Translations under genes and position numbers: made by a program
Part shown: positions 1 through 8,398 of the stretch, piece after piece
Layout: each line of letters starts with the position of its first letter
Position numbering within the stretch: the first letter of the stretch is position 1
Virus record (IMG/VR): IMGVR_UViG_3300021429_002418
Location: 1,708 to 65,707 of that record
Direction: 5' to 3' (one strand)
Length of the DNA: 64,000 nucleotides
From: a virus
Lineage: Duplodnaviria; Caudoviricetes
The notes under the pieces: model-generated
Seen by the model: only the letters and a program-made list of their open reading frames with translations
What the model was told of the DNA's origin: nothing
The model's database searches: none

Positions 1-2
1 GG

Positions 3-221
3 TTGATTATCACCAAAGTCGGTAATACCACCGTTGGTTCTATTGTAAAAGGTACCAAAGTTACTCATCCCGATGGCACGGTATTCTTCCGTGAAGACAG
101 GCAAAAATGGGTTGCTGTTATGAATGGTAAGCAAGAGGCTGCACGGCCTACTGCTGAAGCGTGTGTTATGTTCTTGAAAAAGAAATACAATATTAAAGCA
201 ATTATTCTCAATAAGGATTAA
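3..221 (+). CDS. hypothetical phage protein (may be 5'-truncated)
   Basis: ORF at the window edge, co-oriented and tightly packed with downstream genes. Confidence 0.6.
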   Translation: MIITKVGNTTVGSIVKGTKVTHPDGTVFFREDRQKWVAVMNGKQEAARPTAEACVMFLKKKYNIKAIILNKD

Positions 222-223
222 TT

Positions 224-616
224 ATGGGTTTAGATATGTTTGCTCACCGAGTAAGTGCAGAAGATGCACTCGGTGATTTTGAGATTGCCAAAGATACCAA
301 TGGTGAATTTAAGAATGATAAAGAATTTCATTATTGGCGTAAACACCACGACCTGCATGGTTGGATGGAAAGGTTGTATCGGTCTAAAGGCGGACCAGTA
401 CAATCATTCAATTGTATTCCAGTCCGTTTAACTACAGAGGATTTGGACAAACTAGAATATGATATTCAAAACAATTTGTTGCCAATTACTCAAGGATTCT
501 TTTTTGGTGATAATCCACCAGATGAAGAATCGGTAAAATACGATTTGGAGTTTATTGAAAAGGCACGGCAAGTTATTGCTGATGGTGATGCGGTTTATTA
601 CGATTCTTGGTGGTAA
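224..616 (+). CDS. conserved hypothetical phage protein (GLDM...YWRKH type)
   Basis: 130 aa ORF; MGLDM start, YWRKH motif and YYDSWW end resemble a recurrent phage family. Confidence 0.75.
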   Translation: MGLDMFAHRVSAEDALGDFEIAKDTNGEFKNDKEFHYWRKHHDLHGWMERLYRSKGGPVQSFNCIPVRLTTEDLDKLEYDIQNNLLPITQGFFFGDNPPDEESVKYDLEFIEKARQVIADGDAVYYDSWW

Positions 617-618
617 TT

Positions 619-867
619 ATGAAAACGAATGATATTAAAAAAGGTATGCGAATCATTATGACTAATGGTTGGCAAGGCACTATGATGGATAATATGCGAG
701 GCAATATCCGTGTGGCTGAAATTGAGGGCACCTATACTGAAACTGGATCAGTATATGCATTTGATATTGCAATGGCACAACCATTGAATGATGGTATTTG
801 GCATAAAATCGAATTGACTGAAAAACAATTAGATTCTAAGAAAATGAATGAGGCCATATTCGGTTGA
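619..867 (+). CDS. hypothetical protein
   Basis: ATG at 619 just after the upstream stop at 616; the ORF-track start at 607 overlaps the upstream gene. Confidence 0.7.
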   Translation: MKTNDIKKGMRIIMTNGWQGTMMDNMRGNIRVAEIEGTYTETGSVYAFDIAMAQPLNDGIWHKIELTEKQLDSKKMNEAIFG

Positions 868-1067
868 TTATGGGCTTACTATTATCAAAATTAGTATTGT
901 CGTGGTTTATATCAATATTCGGAATTGTATTGTGTATTAAACTCTGGTTCGAATATAATTACTTGCCTAAATGGCCACTAACTAAGATTATTCGTTACGC
1001 TGTATTAATATCCACTCTTATAAACATAACGGTATTAATATTGGTCATTTTGATAAATCTACCATAA
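864..1067 (+). CDS. hypothetical membrane protein
   Basis: two hydrophobic stretches; 4-nt overlap with the upstream gene. Confidence 0.5.
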   Translation: MIMGLLLSKLVLSWFISIFGIVLCIKLWFEYNYLPKWPLTKIIRYAVLISTLINITVLILVILINLP

Positions 1068-1184
1068 TTCTACGATAAACCATCAAAAAACGACCTTTTG
1101 GATCGATCGGAGGCGCCATCGGACGCTCCAACCAAGGTCGGTGCATCACCTCAAAAGCGATCAGAATAGTCTACCGGTAGGATG

Positions 1185-1232
1185 GAGTACTTTTTCGCTA
1201 TATTGACAATTCGTCCATCACCTGTATAATGG
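1185..1232 (+). promoter_or_regulatory. sigma70-type early promoter with conserved upstream element
   Basis: TTGACA 1203-1208, 16 bp spacer, TATAAT 1225-1230; GAGTACTTTTTCGCTA at 1185-1200 is identical to 6263-6278. Confidence 0.8.
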
Positions 1233-1246
1233 ACTTCATTGATTGA

Positions 1247-1471
1247 TTGAAAGAAGGAAAGAAAATGTACCTCATGTCCACCGCGGATGCTATCAAAATC
1301 GTAAACTCTTACGGTTCACGCAACAACCTTCCAGGTTTCTTGGAATGCATGGAGAGCCTGTCGGTTGTCTGCAAACTGCCAAGGGCTGAGCGCCGGTCTT
1401 TGGTCCGTGACCATGAAGTGGAAGCTTTTCATGTGGTTATCGGTGAAATGCAGACATTCACCTATAGTTGA
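1247..1471 (+). CDS. hypothetical early protein
   Basis: ORF directly downstream of a promoter; true start may be the ATG at 1265 after AAGGAAAG. Confidence 0.6.
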   Translation: MKEGKKMYLMSTADAIKIVNSYGSRNNLPGFLECMESLSVVCKLPRAERRSLVRDHEVEAFHVVIGEMQTFTYS

Positions 1472-1499
1472 CAGGATTGGTCAAGTATTCCACGGATGC

Positions 1500-1527
1500 T
1501 TGCCATTCCATCTGGAACCTGTATAAT
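1500..1527 (+). promoter_or_regulatory. sigma70-type early promoter
   Basis: TTGCCA 1500-1505, 16 bp spacer, TATAAT 1522-1527; SD AGGAG ahead of the ATG at 1554/1557. Confidence 0.75.
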
Positions 1528-1553
1528 AGACCGTATTGATTGATTAGGAGTTA

Positions 1554-2435
1554 TTGATGATTGATGTTAAATTTGTTGCTGGTAAGTATACTGCTGTTAT
1601 TAATGGCAAGACAGTCAAGCGTGCCAAGCGTGAGCACCTTGATTATGTCATCCGTAAATCACAAAGCGAATCCAATTCTGGTTCGCCTGTGCCTGAGTCC
1701 CGTTTCTCTATCAATGAGCGCTTCGGGTTTGTGACTGACATGGTTGCTATGCTTGCCGTAGGCGCTCAGTCTTCCGTGGTGGTGACTGGTCCTGGTGGTC
1801 TTGGTAAGTCTTTCACCGTGACCAAAGCATTGACAGAATGTGGTTTCAAAGATGTTTCCACGGTCGAGCATATGCCCGTTGGTACCATTATCAAAAGCAC
1901 CAAGAGTTTCCGCGTTATCAAAGGTTACTCCACACCAAAAGGTCTTTATCGCACCTTGTTTGAGAATAAAGATGGTGTTATTGTATTTGATGATTGTGAT
2001 TCTGTACTCAAAGATCCAATTTCTTTGAATTTACTCAAAGGTGCATTAGATTCATACTCACGCCGCATTATCTCATGGCGTGCTGATATTCGTGATGATG
2101 ATTTGCCAACTACCTTTGAGTTCAAAGGTCGCGTGGTATTCATTTCAAATTTGGCATCGGCCAATATTGACCAAGCCATTATTACACGCTCGATGGCTGT
2201 TGACTTGTCTATGACTAGTAAGCAAAAGGTTGAGCGTATGCGTCACCTGCTTGATTCAGGTGAGTTTATGCCTGAGTTCTCAAAGCCTATCAAAGAAGAA
2301 GCCATGGTTTTGATTGAACGCCTGCAAGATAAAGTTAAAGAGTTATCGCTCCGCACATTGATTCAGGTAACAAAAATCCGTCAGAGTGCAGGTAAAAACT
2401 GGTCTAATTTGGCTGAATACACAATCTGTGGTTGA
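1554..2435 (+). CDS. P-loop AAA+ family ATPase
   Basis: Walker A GPGGLGKS, Walker B VIVFDDCD, FKGRVVFISN sensor-like segment. Confidence 0.85.
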   Translation: MMIDVKFVAGKYTAVINGKTVKRAKREHLDYVIRKSQSESNSGSPVPESRFSINERFGFVTDMVAMLAVGAQSSVVVTGPGGLGKSFTVTKALTECGFKDVSTVEHMPVGTIIKSTKSFRVIKGYSTPKGLYRTLFENKDGVIVFDDCDSVLKDPISLNLLKGALDSYSRRIISWRADIRDDDLPTTFEFKGRVVFISNLASANIDQAIITRSMAVDLSMTSKQKVERMRHLLDSGEFMPEFSKPIKEEAMVLIERLQDKVKELSLRTLIQVTKIRQSAGKNWSNLAEYTICG

Positions 2436-2819
2436 TATAGGTAAACTTGAGGTAAAAGAATGATTAAATCAAATCATATGGCAGGTACAGTAGGTCATTG
2501 TGAGAATTGCCTTTACGATATACTAACAGAGATTAAAGCGGATGGTTCCATTGAACAACAGCAAGCCATACATGCTGCATTATCTTCACTTGAAGATTTG
2601 TATTTTCTCTTACAGGAGGAAGAATGATTGAAGTCATTACTATTATACTAGTCGTTATTATTATTGGTGTAAATCTTCTAGTAACAATGTCACCAAGATT
2701 CCGCCGATGGATATACAAGGACAAAGAATGAACTTCTTTTGGGGATTCTTATTGGGTCTTATAGTGGGAGTGTTATACATGGCATACCGTTCTAATCAAG
2801 ATGACAGGACAACCACACC

Positions 2820-3023
2820 ATGAACGAACGAATTAAAGAACTTGCCGAACAGGCTACTTCCTACATTGACCCATCAGCTAATGATGGGGTATGTTGGTAC
2901 TTTGACAAAGAAAAGTTTGCCGAGTTGATTGTGCGAGAATGTGCTGATGTGGCAACAATTAATGCACATCAGTGGGCAAGTCCTGGTACATATGTTTTAA
3001 AACATTTTGGAGTTGAAGAATGA
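2820..3023 (+). CDS. small phage protein, MNERIKELA/KFAELIVREC/KHFGVE family, copy 1
   Basis: three motif blocks shared with 4936..5139. Confidence 0.8.
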   Translation: MNERIKELAEQATSYIDPSANDGVCWYFDKEKFAELIVRECADVATINAHQWASPGTYVLKHFGVEE

Positions 3024-3214
3024 AAACTGAAGTTTTGTGGTTCTGTTCAGGTCATGGAAATGTTGGCATTGTGAAGGTTGATGACCAGTATGATGGTATT
3101 AAGTATTATATCGGTGCGTGTTCGGGCTTGAACGAAGATATGGATATTGACTGGATTGCCAAATGGGGTTCTAAGTTCCCAAAATCTGCTGGCGATTTAC
3201 TATTTGGAGTTTAA
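3020..3214 (+). CDS. hypothetical protein
   Basis: ATGA overlap with the upstream gene. Confidence 0.7.
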   Translation: MKTEVLWFCSGHGNVGIVKVDDQYDGIKYYIGACSGLNEDMDIDWIAKWGSKFPKSAGDLLFGV

Positions 3215-3663
3215 TGATGATTGATGATGAAGATATGGACATGGATGATTTTTTTGAGAACGGTGAGTTCATAGTTAACTATGATAAAATAATTAAGTCA
3301 AAAAAATCTTTATCAGTTACACGGCTTCTTGCTGCTGATATGATGAGTAACCCTTATACAACAATTGGTGATTTTCTAAAGAGTATACACACCAAAGATT
3401 TAGAAACATTATTGTTGTTGTCTGATGATTATGATAATGAGAATTTTGCCGATTTGATATTGATGACTGAGATGTTGGTTCGAGCAGAAGGCCTTGCTGG
3501 TTCAGATTCTTCCGAGGCATTGAATGTACACCTTAAAAAGTTTATTACATTCCTTGCAATTGAAGGATTACACCGTAAAGGTTTGGTGAGGGCGTTTCGT
3601 GAGAATATGTCCTTTGGTGAAGATATGGAAGAACGAGTTATTGTGGAGAAAATTAATGATTAA
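3214..3663 (+). CDS. hypothetical protein (acidic N-terminus)
   Basis: 149 aa ORF, TAATG coupling. Confidence 0.75.
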   Translation: MMIDDEDMDMDDFFENGEFIVNYDKIIKSKKSLSVTRLLAADMMSNPYTTIGDFLKSIHTKDLETLLLLSDDYDNENFADLILMTEMLVRAEGLAGSDSSEALNVHLKKFITFLAIEGLHRKGLVRAFRENMSFGEDMEERVIVEKIND

Positions 3664-3904
3664 TACTAAACTGTTGCATATGTTTAAACTGGAGCGTGAG
3701 ATGACACGGTATCTACATGCTATCTGGGACAATCTACAACAAGGGCATGTCCTGTTTTCGATGTACTCTCAATTTGAATATCTGTGTGTCAGAGATGAAT
3801 TGCAAGAGTTGTATCTTGAATTGGATAATGAAGAGTTTGAAGAACTGTATTTGATGACATACATTGTTCGTGAGTTTCCATTCTATTTGGACTATGAAGA
3901 ATAA
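3656..3904 (+). CDS. hypothetical protein
   Basis: in-frame ATG at 3656 near the upstream stop, after GGAG. Confidence 0.6.
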   Translation: MINTKLLHMFKLEREMTRYLHAIWDNLQQGHVLFSMYSQFEYLCVRDELQELYLELDNEEFEELYLMTYIVREFPFYLDYEE

Positions 3905-4073
3905 TGTAGTTGATTGGGTATATAAAGTCAACGATGAAATTGTTGATGAAGAAACTTTTATTCGATTATCAAAAGAACATGATGCTTGGGTAAAAGAACT
4001 TGAATTGAAAAACTTAGAATTGGCCAAAGCATTGGCAAAACCTGAAAAGGTTCGTAAGTCTCGCAAGAAATAG
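3894..4073 (+). CDS. hypothetical protein
   Basis: in-frame ATG at 3894; basic C-terminus. Confidence 0.6.
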   Translation: MKNNVVDWVYKVNDEIVDEETFIRLSKEHDAWVKELELKNLELAKALAKPEKVRKSRKK

Positions 4074-4084
4074 GATGAGTTGGT

Positions 4085-4267
4085 ATGAATTCTGAAATTA
4101 GTGATATATTAAAAGCAGTTGGTTCAAATGGTAAATACACTGGCAATTTAGAAACAGCATACCAACTCGGTTTCATGGCTTCGTGGATCAACCGAATATC
4201 TAAGTATGATTGGGCAGTGAAGGCTGAATTAGATAAATTAATTGAAGATTCGAAAGATAAGAAATGA
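4085..4267 (+). CDS. hypothetical protein
   Basis: packed ORF in the early gene run. Confidence 0.6.
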   Translation: MNSEISDILKAVGSNGKYTGNLETAYQLGFMASWINRISKYDWAVKAELDKLIEDSKDKK

Positions 4268-4485
4268 ACGAAACAACAATGGAGATGGCGCATCAAGCTG
4301 GATTGAGGATTGCGTCTGTTATGGATGATATTGATCCACGCAATGTATATTTGCATGAACTTGAACGCTTTGCTGCGCTTGTCCGTGCTGATGAGAACGA
4401 GGTGAATGCAAAGCTGGTTGACCATATCTTGAAAGAAGGCGGCGGCACATGGGGCGATGCAGTCCGAGCAAGGGGGAACCGATGA
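4264..4485 (+). CDS. small phage protein, distant relative of the FAELIVREC family (LERFAALVR)
   Basis: MNE...A..AG start and ERFAALVRAD block. Confidence 0.65.
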   Translation: MNETTMEMAHQAGLRIASVMDDIDPRNVYLHELERFAALVRADENEVNAKLVDHILKEGGGTWGDAVRARGNR

Positions 4486-4823
4486 GTTTAGATGTTGATT
4501 TGGTGATGACACTACCTACTAGTGTCTATACAGCTAACATTACACACAACCTTGGTAAGATGGCGAAAGAAGTTAAACTTGATGGTGGGCTAACATTGTA
4601 TGATGTGCTCTGGCGACCAGATGAACACGGCATGGTGTTTGCTAGGGATATCTCCGATCACCTTGAAATTGGATGGAATATTTTGCTTTCTGATCCAGGG
4701 AAATATATGGAATTCGAACCTGAAAATCATTGGGGTTCGTATGAGGGTCTTTGCAATTTTGTATATAGCTATCGCAATGCATGTTGGGATAATCCAGATG
4801 CTGAACTGAGTATATCAAGATGA
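4482..4823 (+). CDS. conserved hypothetical phage protein (NITHNL..MA motif)
   Basis: ATG at 4482 overlaps the upstream TGA; ANITHNLGKMA and PENHWGSYEG motifs. Confidence 0.75.
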   Translation: MSLDVDLVMTLPTSVYTANITHNLGKMAKEVKLDGGLTLYDVLWRPDEHGMVFARDISDHLEIGWNILLSDPGKYMEFEPENHWGSYEGLCNFVYSYRNACWDNPDAELSISR

Positions 4824-4935
4824 CCGAAGGAGAACGAGCAGGACGCTGGGCTATGCTGTATATCTATACGGTGTTGTTTGCTTTATGGTTTAATATTGTC
4901 TGCATTGTTGGCTGGCACATCAAGGAGTGGTTTTT

Positions 4936-5139
4936 ATGAACAAACGAATCATAGAACTTGCAATTGAGGCGGGAATTTACACCAACAAATCCGAGATGCT
5001 TCATAAGTTCGCCGAGTTGATTGTTCGGGAATGTGCTGGATTATTCCCTAATGTGTATGTAGAAATTGAAAACGAATACGGACATACTCCTGTTGTCGCG
5101 GCGGATTATATAAAGAAACATTTCGGAGTTGAAAAGTGA
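4936..5139 (+). CDS. small phage protein, MNERIKELA/KFAELIVREC/KHFGVE family, copy 2
   Basis: SD AAGGAG at 4922-4927; blocks shared with 2820..3023. Confidence 0.8.
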   Translation: MNKRIIELAIEAGIYTNKSEMLHKFAELIVRECAGLFPNVYVEIENEYGHTPVVAADYIKKHFGVEK

Positions 5140-5340
5140 CAGTTGATGAAATTATTTCTATGGTAATTATTATAACCGTAGTCTTAACGGTACTATGGGA
5201 TATGCATAAGGACAAAGGTGAATGAATTACATATTGCAAGCATTGAAGTTCATGGCAATCACACTTGTTTTGTTTTTTTGGGCTATGATTGCATTTGTCT
5301 TATGTTATCATTTGTATAATTTTATTTTAAAACTTATAAT

Positions 5341-5544
5341 GTGGAGTGTATAATGGATGATATTGAATTGAGATGGTTGACACGCGAGTATATGGAAAAT
5401 ACAACCATCAAGACGGAAACTATATTGCAATACCGAATACGGCAATACTTGATTAACTACAGTTCAATATTGCCTTCAGGTGCATATACAAACGAACCTA
5501 TTTGGATGGAATGGGTTGATGTTCCAACCCACACACAACATTAA
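5341..5544 (+). CDS. hypothetical protein
   Basis: ORF; likely start is the ATG at 5353 after GGAG. Confidence 0.6.
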   Translation: MECIMDDIELRWLTREYMENTTIKTETILQYRIRQYLINYSSILPSGAYTNEPIWMEWVDVPTHTQH

Positions 5545-5567
5545 CATTAAAAAATTGGAGAAGTATT

Positions 5568-5993
5568 ATGAAGATTGTAATTAATCGTTGCTTTGGTGGT
5601 TATGGTTTGAGTTATGAAGCAGTTATGAGATACCTTGAAATAAAGAATATAACTGTTTACCCAGAAAAAAGTGAAGGTGGTTGGGGTTATTGGACTTATT
5701 GGTTGGTGAAGCCTGAAGATCGTTTGGAACAAAAGGAAGATGAAGACTTCCGTGCTATGTCGATGGATGAACGACAGGCTTACAATAAACAATATTCTGA
5801 CGAAACTTTTGGTGTTGAAGATATCAGCAGAGATGATCCAGTATTGATTGAAGTGATTGAAGAACTTGGTGATGCTGCCAATGGTGACCATGCTGAATTG
5901 GCCATTGTGGAAATTCCAGATGATGTTGAGTGGGAAATTAGTGAATATGATGGCAGTGAACATGTAGCAGAAAAACATAGGGTTTGGTATTAA
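5568..5993 (+). CDS. conserved hypothetical phage protein (KIVINRCFGGYGLS...RDDPVL...EYDG)
   Basis: SD GGAG; motif pattern typical of a widespread phage family. Confidence 0.8.
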   Translation: MKIVINRCFGGYGLSYEAVMRYLEIKNITVYPEKSEGGWGYWTYWLVKPEDRLEQKEDEDFRAMSMDERQAYNKQYSDETFGVEDISRDDPVLIEVIEELGDAANGDHAELAIVEIPDDVEWEISEYDGSEHVAEKHRVWY

Positions 5994-5994
5994 T

Positions 5995-6264
5995 ATGAGC
6001 ACAGAAGAAGATAAACTGAAACATTCGAAACGGTTGTTGAATGATGAAAAGGCCATCAAAAAACAATTGAGGATTGCTAAAGAACATAAGATGACAGAAT
6101 ACAATCCTGCAATCAAGGAACCACATCGGTACCATAAACACCATGCCATGGATTGTGGCAATCCAGGTTGCTTTCTCTGTAGCAATCCTAGGAGAATCCA
6201 CAAGGATTCATTGACGATACAGGAAAAGTCTTTTGAACAGACCAAAAACTGGTCTGAGGACTGA
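5995..6264 (+). CDS. hypothetical protein with CGNPGCFLCSNPR putative zinc-binding motif
   Basis: HxxxC-x4-C-x2-C motif. Confidence 0.7.
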   Translation: MSTEEDKLKHSKRLLNDEKAIKKQLRIAKEHKMTEYNPAIKEPHRYHKHHAMDCGNPGCFLCSNPRRIHKDSLTIQEKSFEQTKNWSED

Positions 6265-6310
6265 GTACTTTTTCGCTACTTGCCATTTATCCGGCAATGA
6301 TGTATAATGG
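6263..6310 (+). promoter_or_regulatory. sigma70-type early promoter with conserved upstream element
   Basis: TTGCCA 6280-6285, 17 bp spacer, TATAAT 6303-6308; 16-bp element identical to 1185-1200. Confidence 0.8.
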
Positions 6311-6336
6311 TAACATCTTTATAAAAGGAGTTCGTA

Positions 6337-7488
6337 ATGAGTTTGAATCGTAATCAGTTGGCTTTCGTTAAATCTGCTGAAGACATTTTTGGTGTTGGTT
6401 CTATCCTTACACGGGATGGCATTGACCAGGTTGTTGAAGAAGCTGGCATTTCTTTCCCATATTGGTTTGTAACCAAGTCGGATTATCGTGTTGGTCGAGG
6501 TCAATATAAATTGCCGGACATTGGCAATAAATTTAAGGTGAAAGAAATGGAAACTGAAGTTGCTGAGGTTGCATTGGCCGCACAGGTTCTAGAGTTCCGC
6601 CAACCTAAGTTGCTTGATGATTCCGACATTGCAATCCCAACAAAATATGCTGATTATGTTCCATTTGGATTCTTTAAAGATTTGCGCCATATCATTAAGT
6701 CTGGCTCTTTTTATCCTGTGTTCATTACAGGTCTATCGGGAAATGGTAAAACACTCATGGTTGAACAAGTTTGCGCTGAGTTGCAGCGTGAATGTATTCG
6801 TGTTAACATTTCAATTGAAACTGATGAGTCTGATTTGCTCGGTGGTCCAACACTTGTTAACGGCAATGTTGTTAATCGTGATGGTCCTGTTATTGTTGCA
6901 ATGAAGCGCGGTGCTGTTCTGCTGATTGATGAGGTTGACCGAGGTTCAAACAAGTTGATGTGCTTGCAAGGTATCTTGGAAGGCAAACCGTACTACAATA
7001 AAAAGAACGGCGAGTTGGTTCATCCAAAAAGTGGATTCACCGTGATGGCCACAGCCAATACAAAAGGTCGAGGTAGTGAAGAAGGTCGTTACCTTTCACA
7101 GATTCTTGATGATGCATTCCTTGAACGCTTCCCTATCACAGTTGAACAGGAATATCCTGATGTTAAAACTGAAAAGAAAATCCTTACACCACTGATTGAT
7201 GATGCGGATTTTGTTGACAAGTTGACACAATGGGCTGATGTGGTTCGGCAGTCATTCAACCAAGGTGCAACAGATGAAATTATCTCTACACGCCGTTTGG
7301 TACACATTGCAAGAGCATTTAAAATCTTTGGTGACCGCATGAAGGCAATTGAATTGTGCGTTAACCGTTTTGATACCGACACCAAGTTGGCCTTTTTGGA
7401 CCTCTATTCCAAAGTGGACGCTAAAGTCACTGGACCATCAGCAAACACCAATACAAAAACCTATGAATCGGATGAAATCCCATTCTGA
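6337..7488 (+). CDS. cobS: CobS/MoxR-like AAA+ ATPase of T4-like phages
   Basis: Walker A GLSGNGKT, DESDLLGG, Walker B LLIDEVD, ATANTKGRG, ISTRRLVH; SD AAGGAG. Confidence 0.85.
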   Translation: MSLNRNQLAFVKSAEDIFGVGSILTRDGIDQVVEEAGISFPYWFVTKSDYRVGRGQYKLPDIGNKFKVKEMETEVAEVALAAQVLEFRQPKLLDDSDIAIPTKYADYVPFGFFKDLRHIIKSGSFYPVFITGLSGNGKTLMVEQVCAELQRECIRVNISIETDESDLLGGPTLVNGNVVNRDGPVIVAMKRGAVLLIDEVDRGSNKLMCLQGILEGKPYYNKKNGELVHPKSGFTVMATANTKGRGSEEGRYLSQILDDAFLERFPITVEQEYPDVKTEKKILTPLIDDADFVDKLTQWADVVRQSFNQGATDEIISTRRLVHIARAFKIFGDRMKAIELCVNRFDTDTKLAFLDLYSKVDAKVTGPSANTNTKTYESDEIPF

Positions 7489-7503
7489 TGTAAAAAAACA
7501 ACA

Positions 7504-7540
7504 ACGGATGGTTGCCAACATGCCATCCGTGTGTTATAAT
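7504..7540 (+). promoter_or_regulatory. sigma70-type promoter with -35 enclosed by an 8-bp inverted repeat
   Basis: TTGCCA 7512-7517, 17 bp spacer, TATAAT 7535-7540; ACGGATGG 7504-7511 / CCATCCGT 7523-7530. Confidence 0.75.
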
Positions 7541-7583
7541 AACCATGTTGGTATTTTAATTATGTATTATTGAAAGGACTTAA

Positions 7584-7931
7584 ATGTCAAACACAGTTCG
7601 TATCGGCAAACAAAATCGCCATGAGAAAATCGCAGTCACTTTGCTATCCGGCAAACCAGTGTCACCAGAAGAAATCAGAGCCTGTTTTACAGGCACAGAC
7701 CAAGAATCGGTTCTATATCGATTGTCGACCAACATCTATAACATCCGAAAAGATGGTGGTGTTGTGAAGGTTCACAAAGAAGGTCGTAGTGTTAAGGCTT
7801 ATCAATTGGTTAACCACACCGAGTTCGATAAGAACGGCCGTTATATCAGCAAGTATAATGCTAAACAAACTGTAACACCAGTGACAACAGAATCAGTTGT
7901 TGAAACCGAGGCAACAGTTGAAGCAGTTTAA
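7584..7931 (+). CDS. hypothetical protein, possible winged helix-turn-helix
   Basis: SD AAGGA; helix-helix-helix then beta-hairpin pattern (LSTNIYNIRKDGGVVKVHKEGRSVKAYQLVN); fold is inference. Confidence 0.65.
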   Translation: MSNTVRIGKQNRHEKIAVTLLSGKPVSPEEIRACFTGTDQESVLYRLSTNIYNIRKDGGVVKVHKEGRSVKAYQLVNHTEFDKNGRYISKYNAKQTVTPVTTESVVETEATVEAV

Positions 7932-7935
7932 TCAT

Positions 7936-8157
7936 ATGAATGCTTGGGACCGTGACAATCTAGATTTCATTCTAGGTACAACGGAGGAAGGCTTCGACAT
8001 GTGGTTGAATCAGGCCGATGAAGATGACATTGAATATGCTCTTGAGTTGGTATACAAAGCGAAAGCTGCGTTTATCATAGAAGATATGGAACACAATGAT
8101 AATGTCATCATCTTAACTGAAGCAAAAAAATTGATTGATAGGATTAAAAATGTTTAA
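7936..8157 (+). CDS. hypothetical acidic protein
   Basis: in-frame ATG at 7936 after the upstream stop. Confidence 0.65.
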   Translation: MNAWDRDNLDFILGTTEEGFDMWLNQADEDDIEYALELVYKAKAAFIIEDMEHNDNVIILTEAKKLIDRIKNV

Positions 8158-8386
8158 GTATGTAAGTGTAGGTGTAACCTGTTTGGTTTTGTCTGCTTGT
8201 TCAACACCAAAGCTTGAAGGTTTTAACAAACCTAAAGTGATTGAGCGTGCTGAGGTAATTCAGTCATCTAAAGACTGTATCGATGCACGGTTGAGGCCGG
8301 TAATCCAAACATTGCCACAGAAGACGGAACATGGTACAATTATGTTTCCCGTATCGGTTCATTGTGAGTCGTATAGCCGTAAATAA
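8150..8386 (+). CDS. hypothetical lipoprotein-like protein
   Basis: signal-like N-terminus ending LSAC (lipobox-like). Confidence 0.6.
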   Translation: MFKYVSVGVTCLVLSACSTPKLEGFNKPKVIERAEVIQSSKDCIDARLRPVIQTLPQKTEHGTIMFPVSVHCESYSRK

Positions 8387-8398
8387 TAGGTGATTTGA

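Noticed and set aside
5547-6245. 232-aa minus-strand ORF
   Set aside because: It is antisense to two well-formed plus-strand genes with SD sites, and has no motif or SD of its own; shadow ORF
6337-7488. cobS as evidence for phage cobalamin synthesis feeding the B12-type rSAM
   Set aside because: Phage CobS-like proteins are MoxR-type chaperone ATPases; no other cob genes are present
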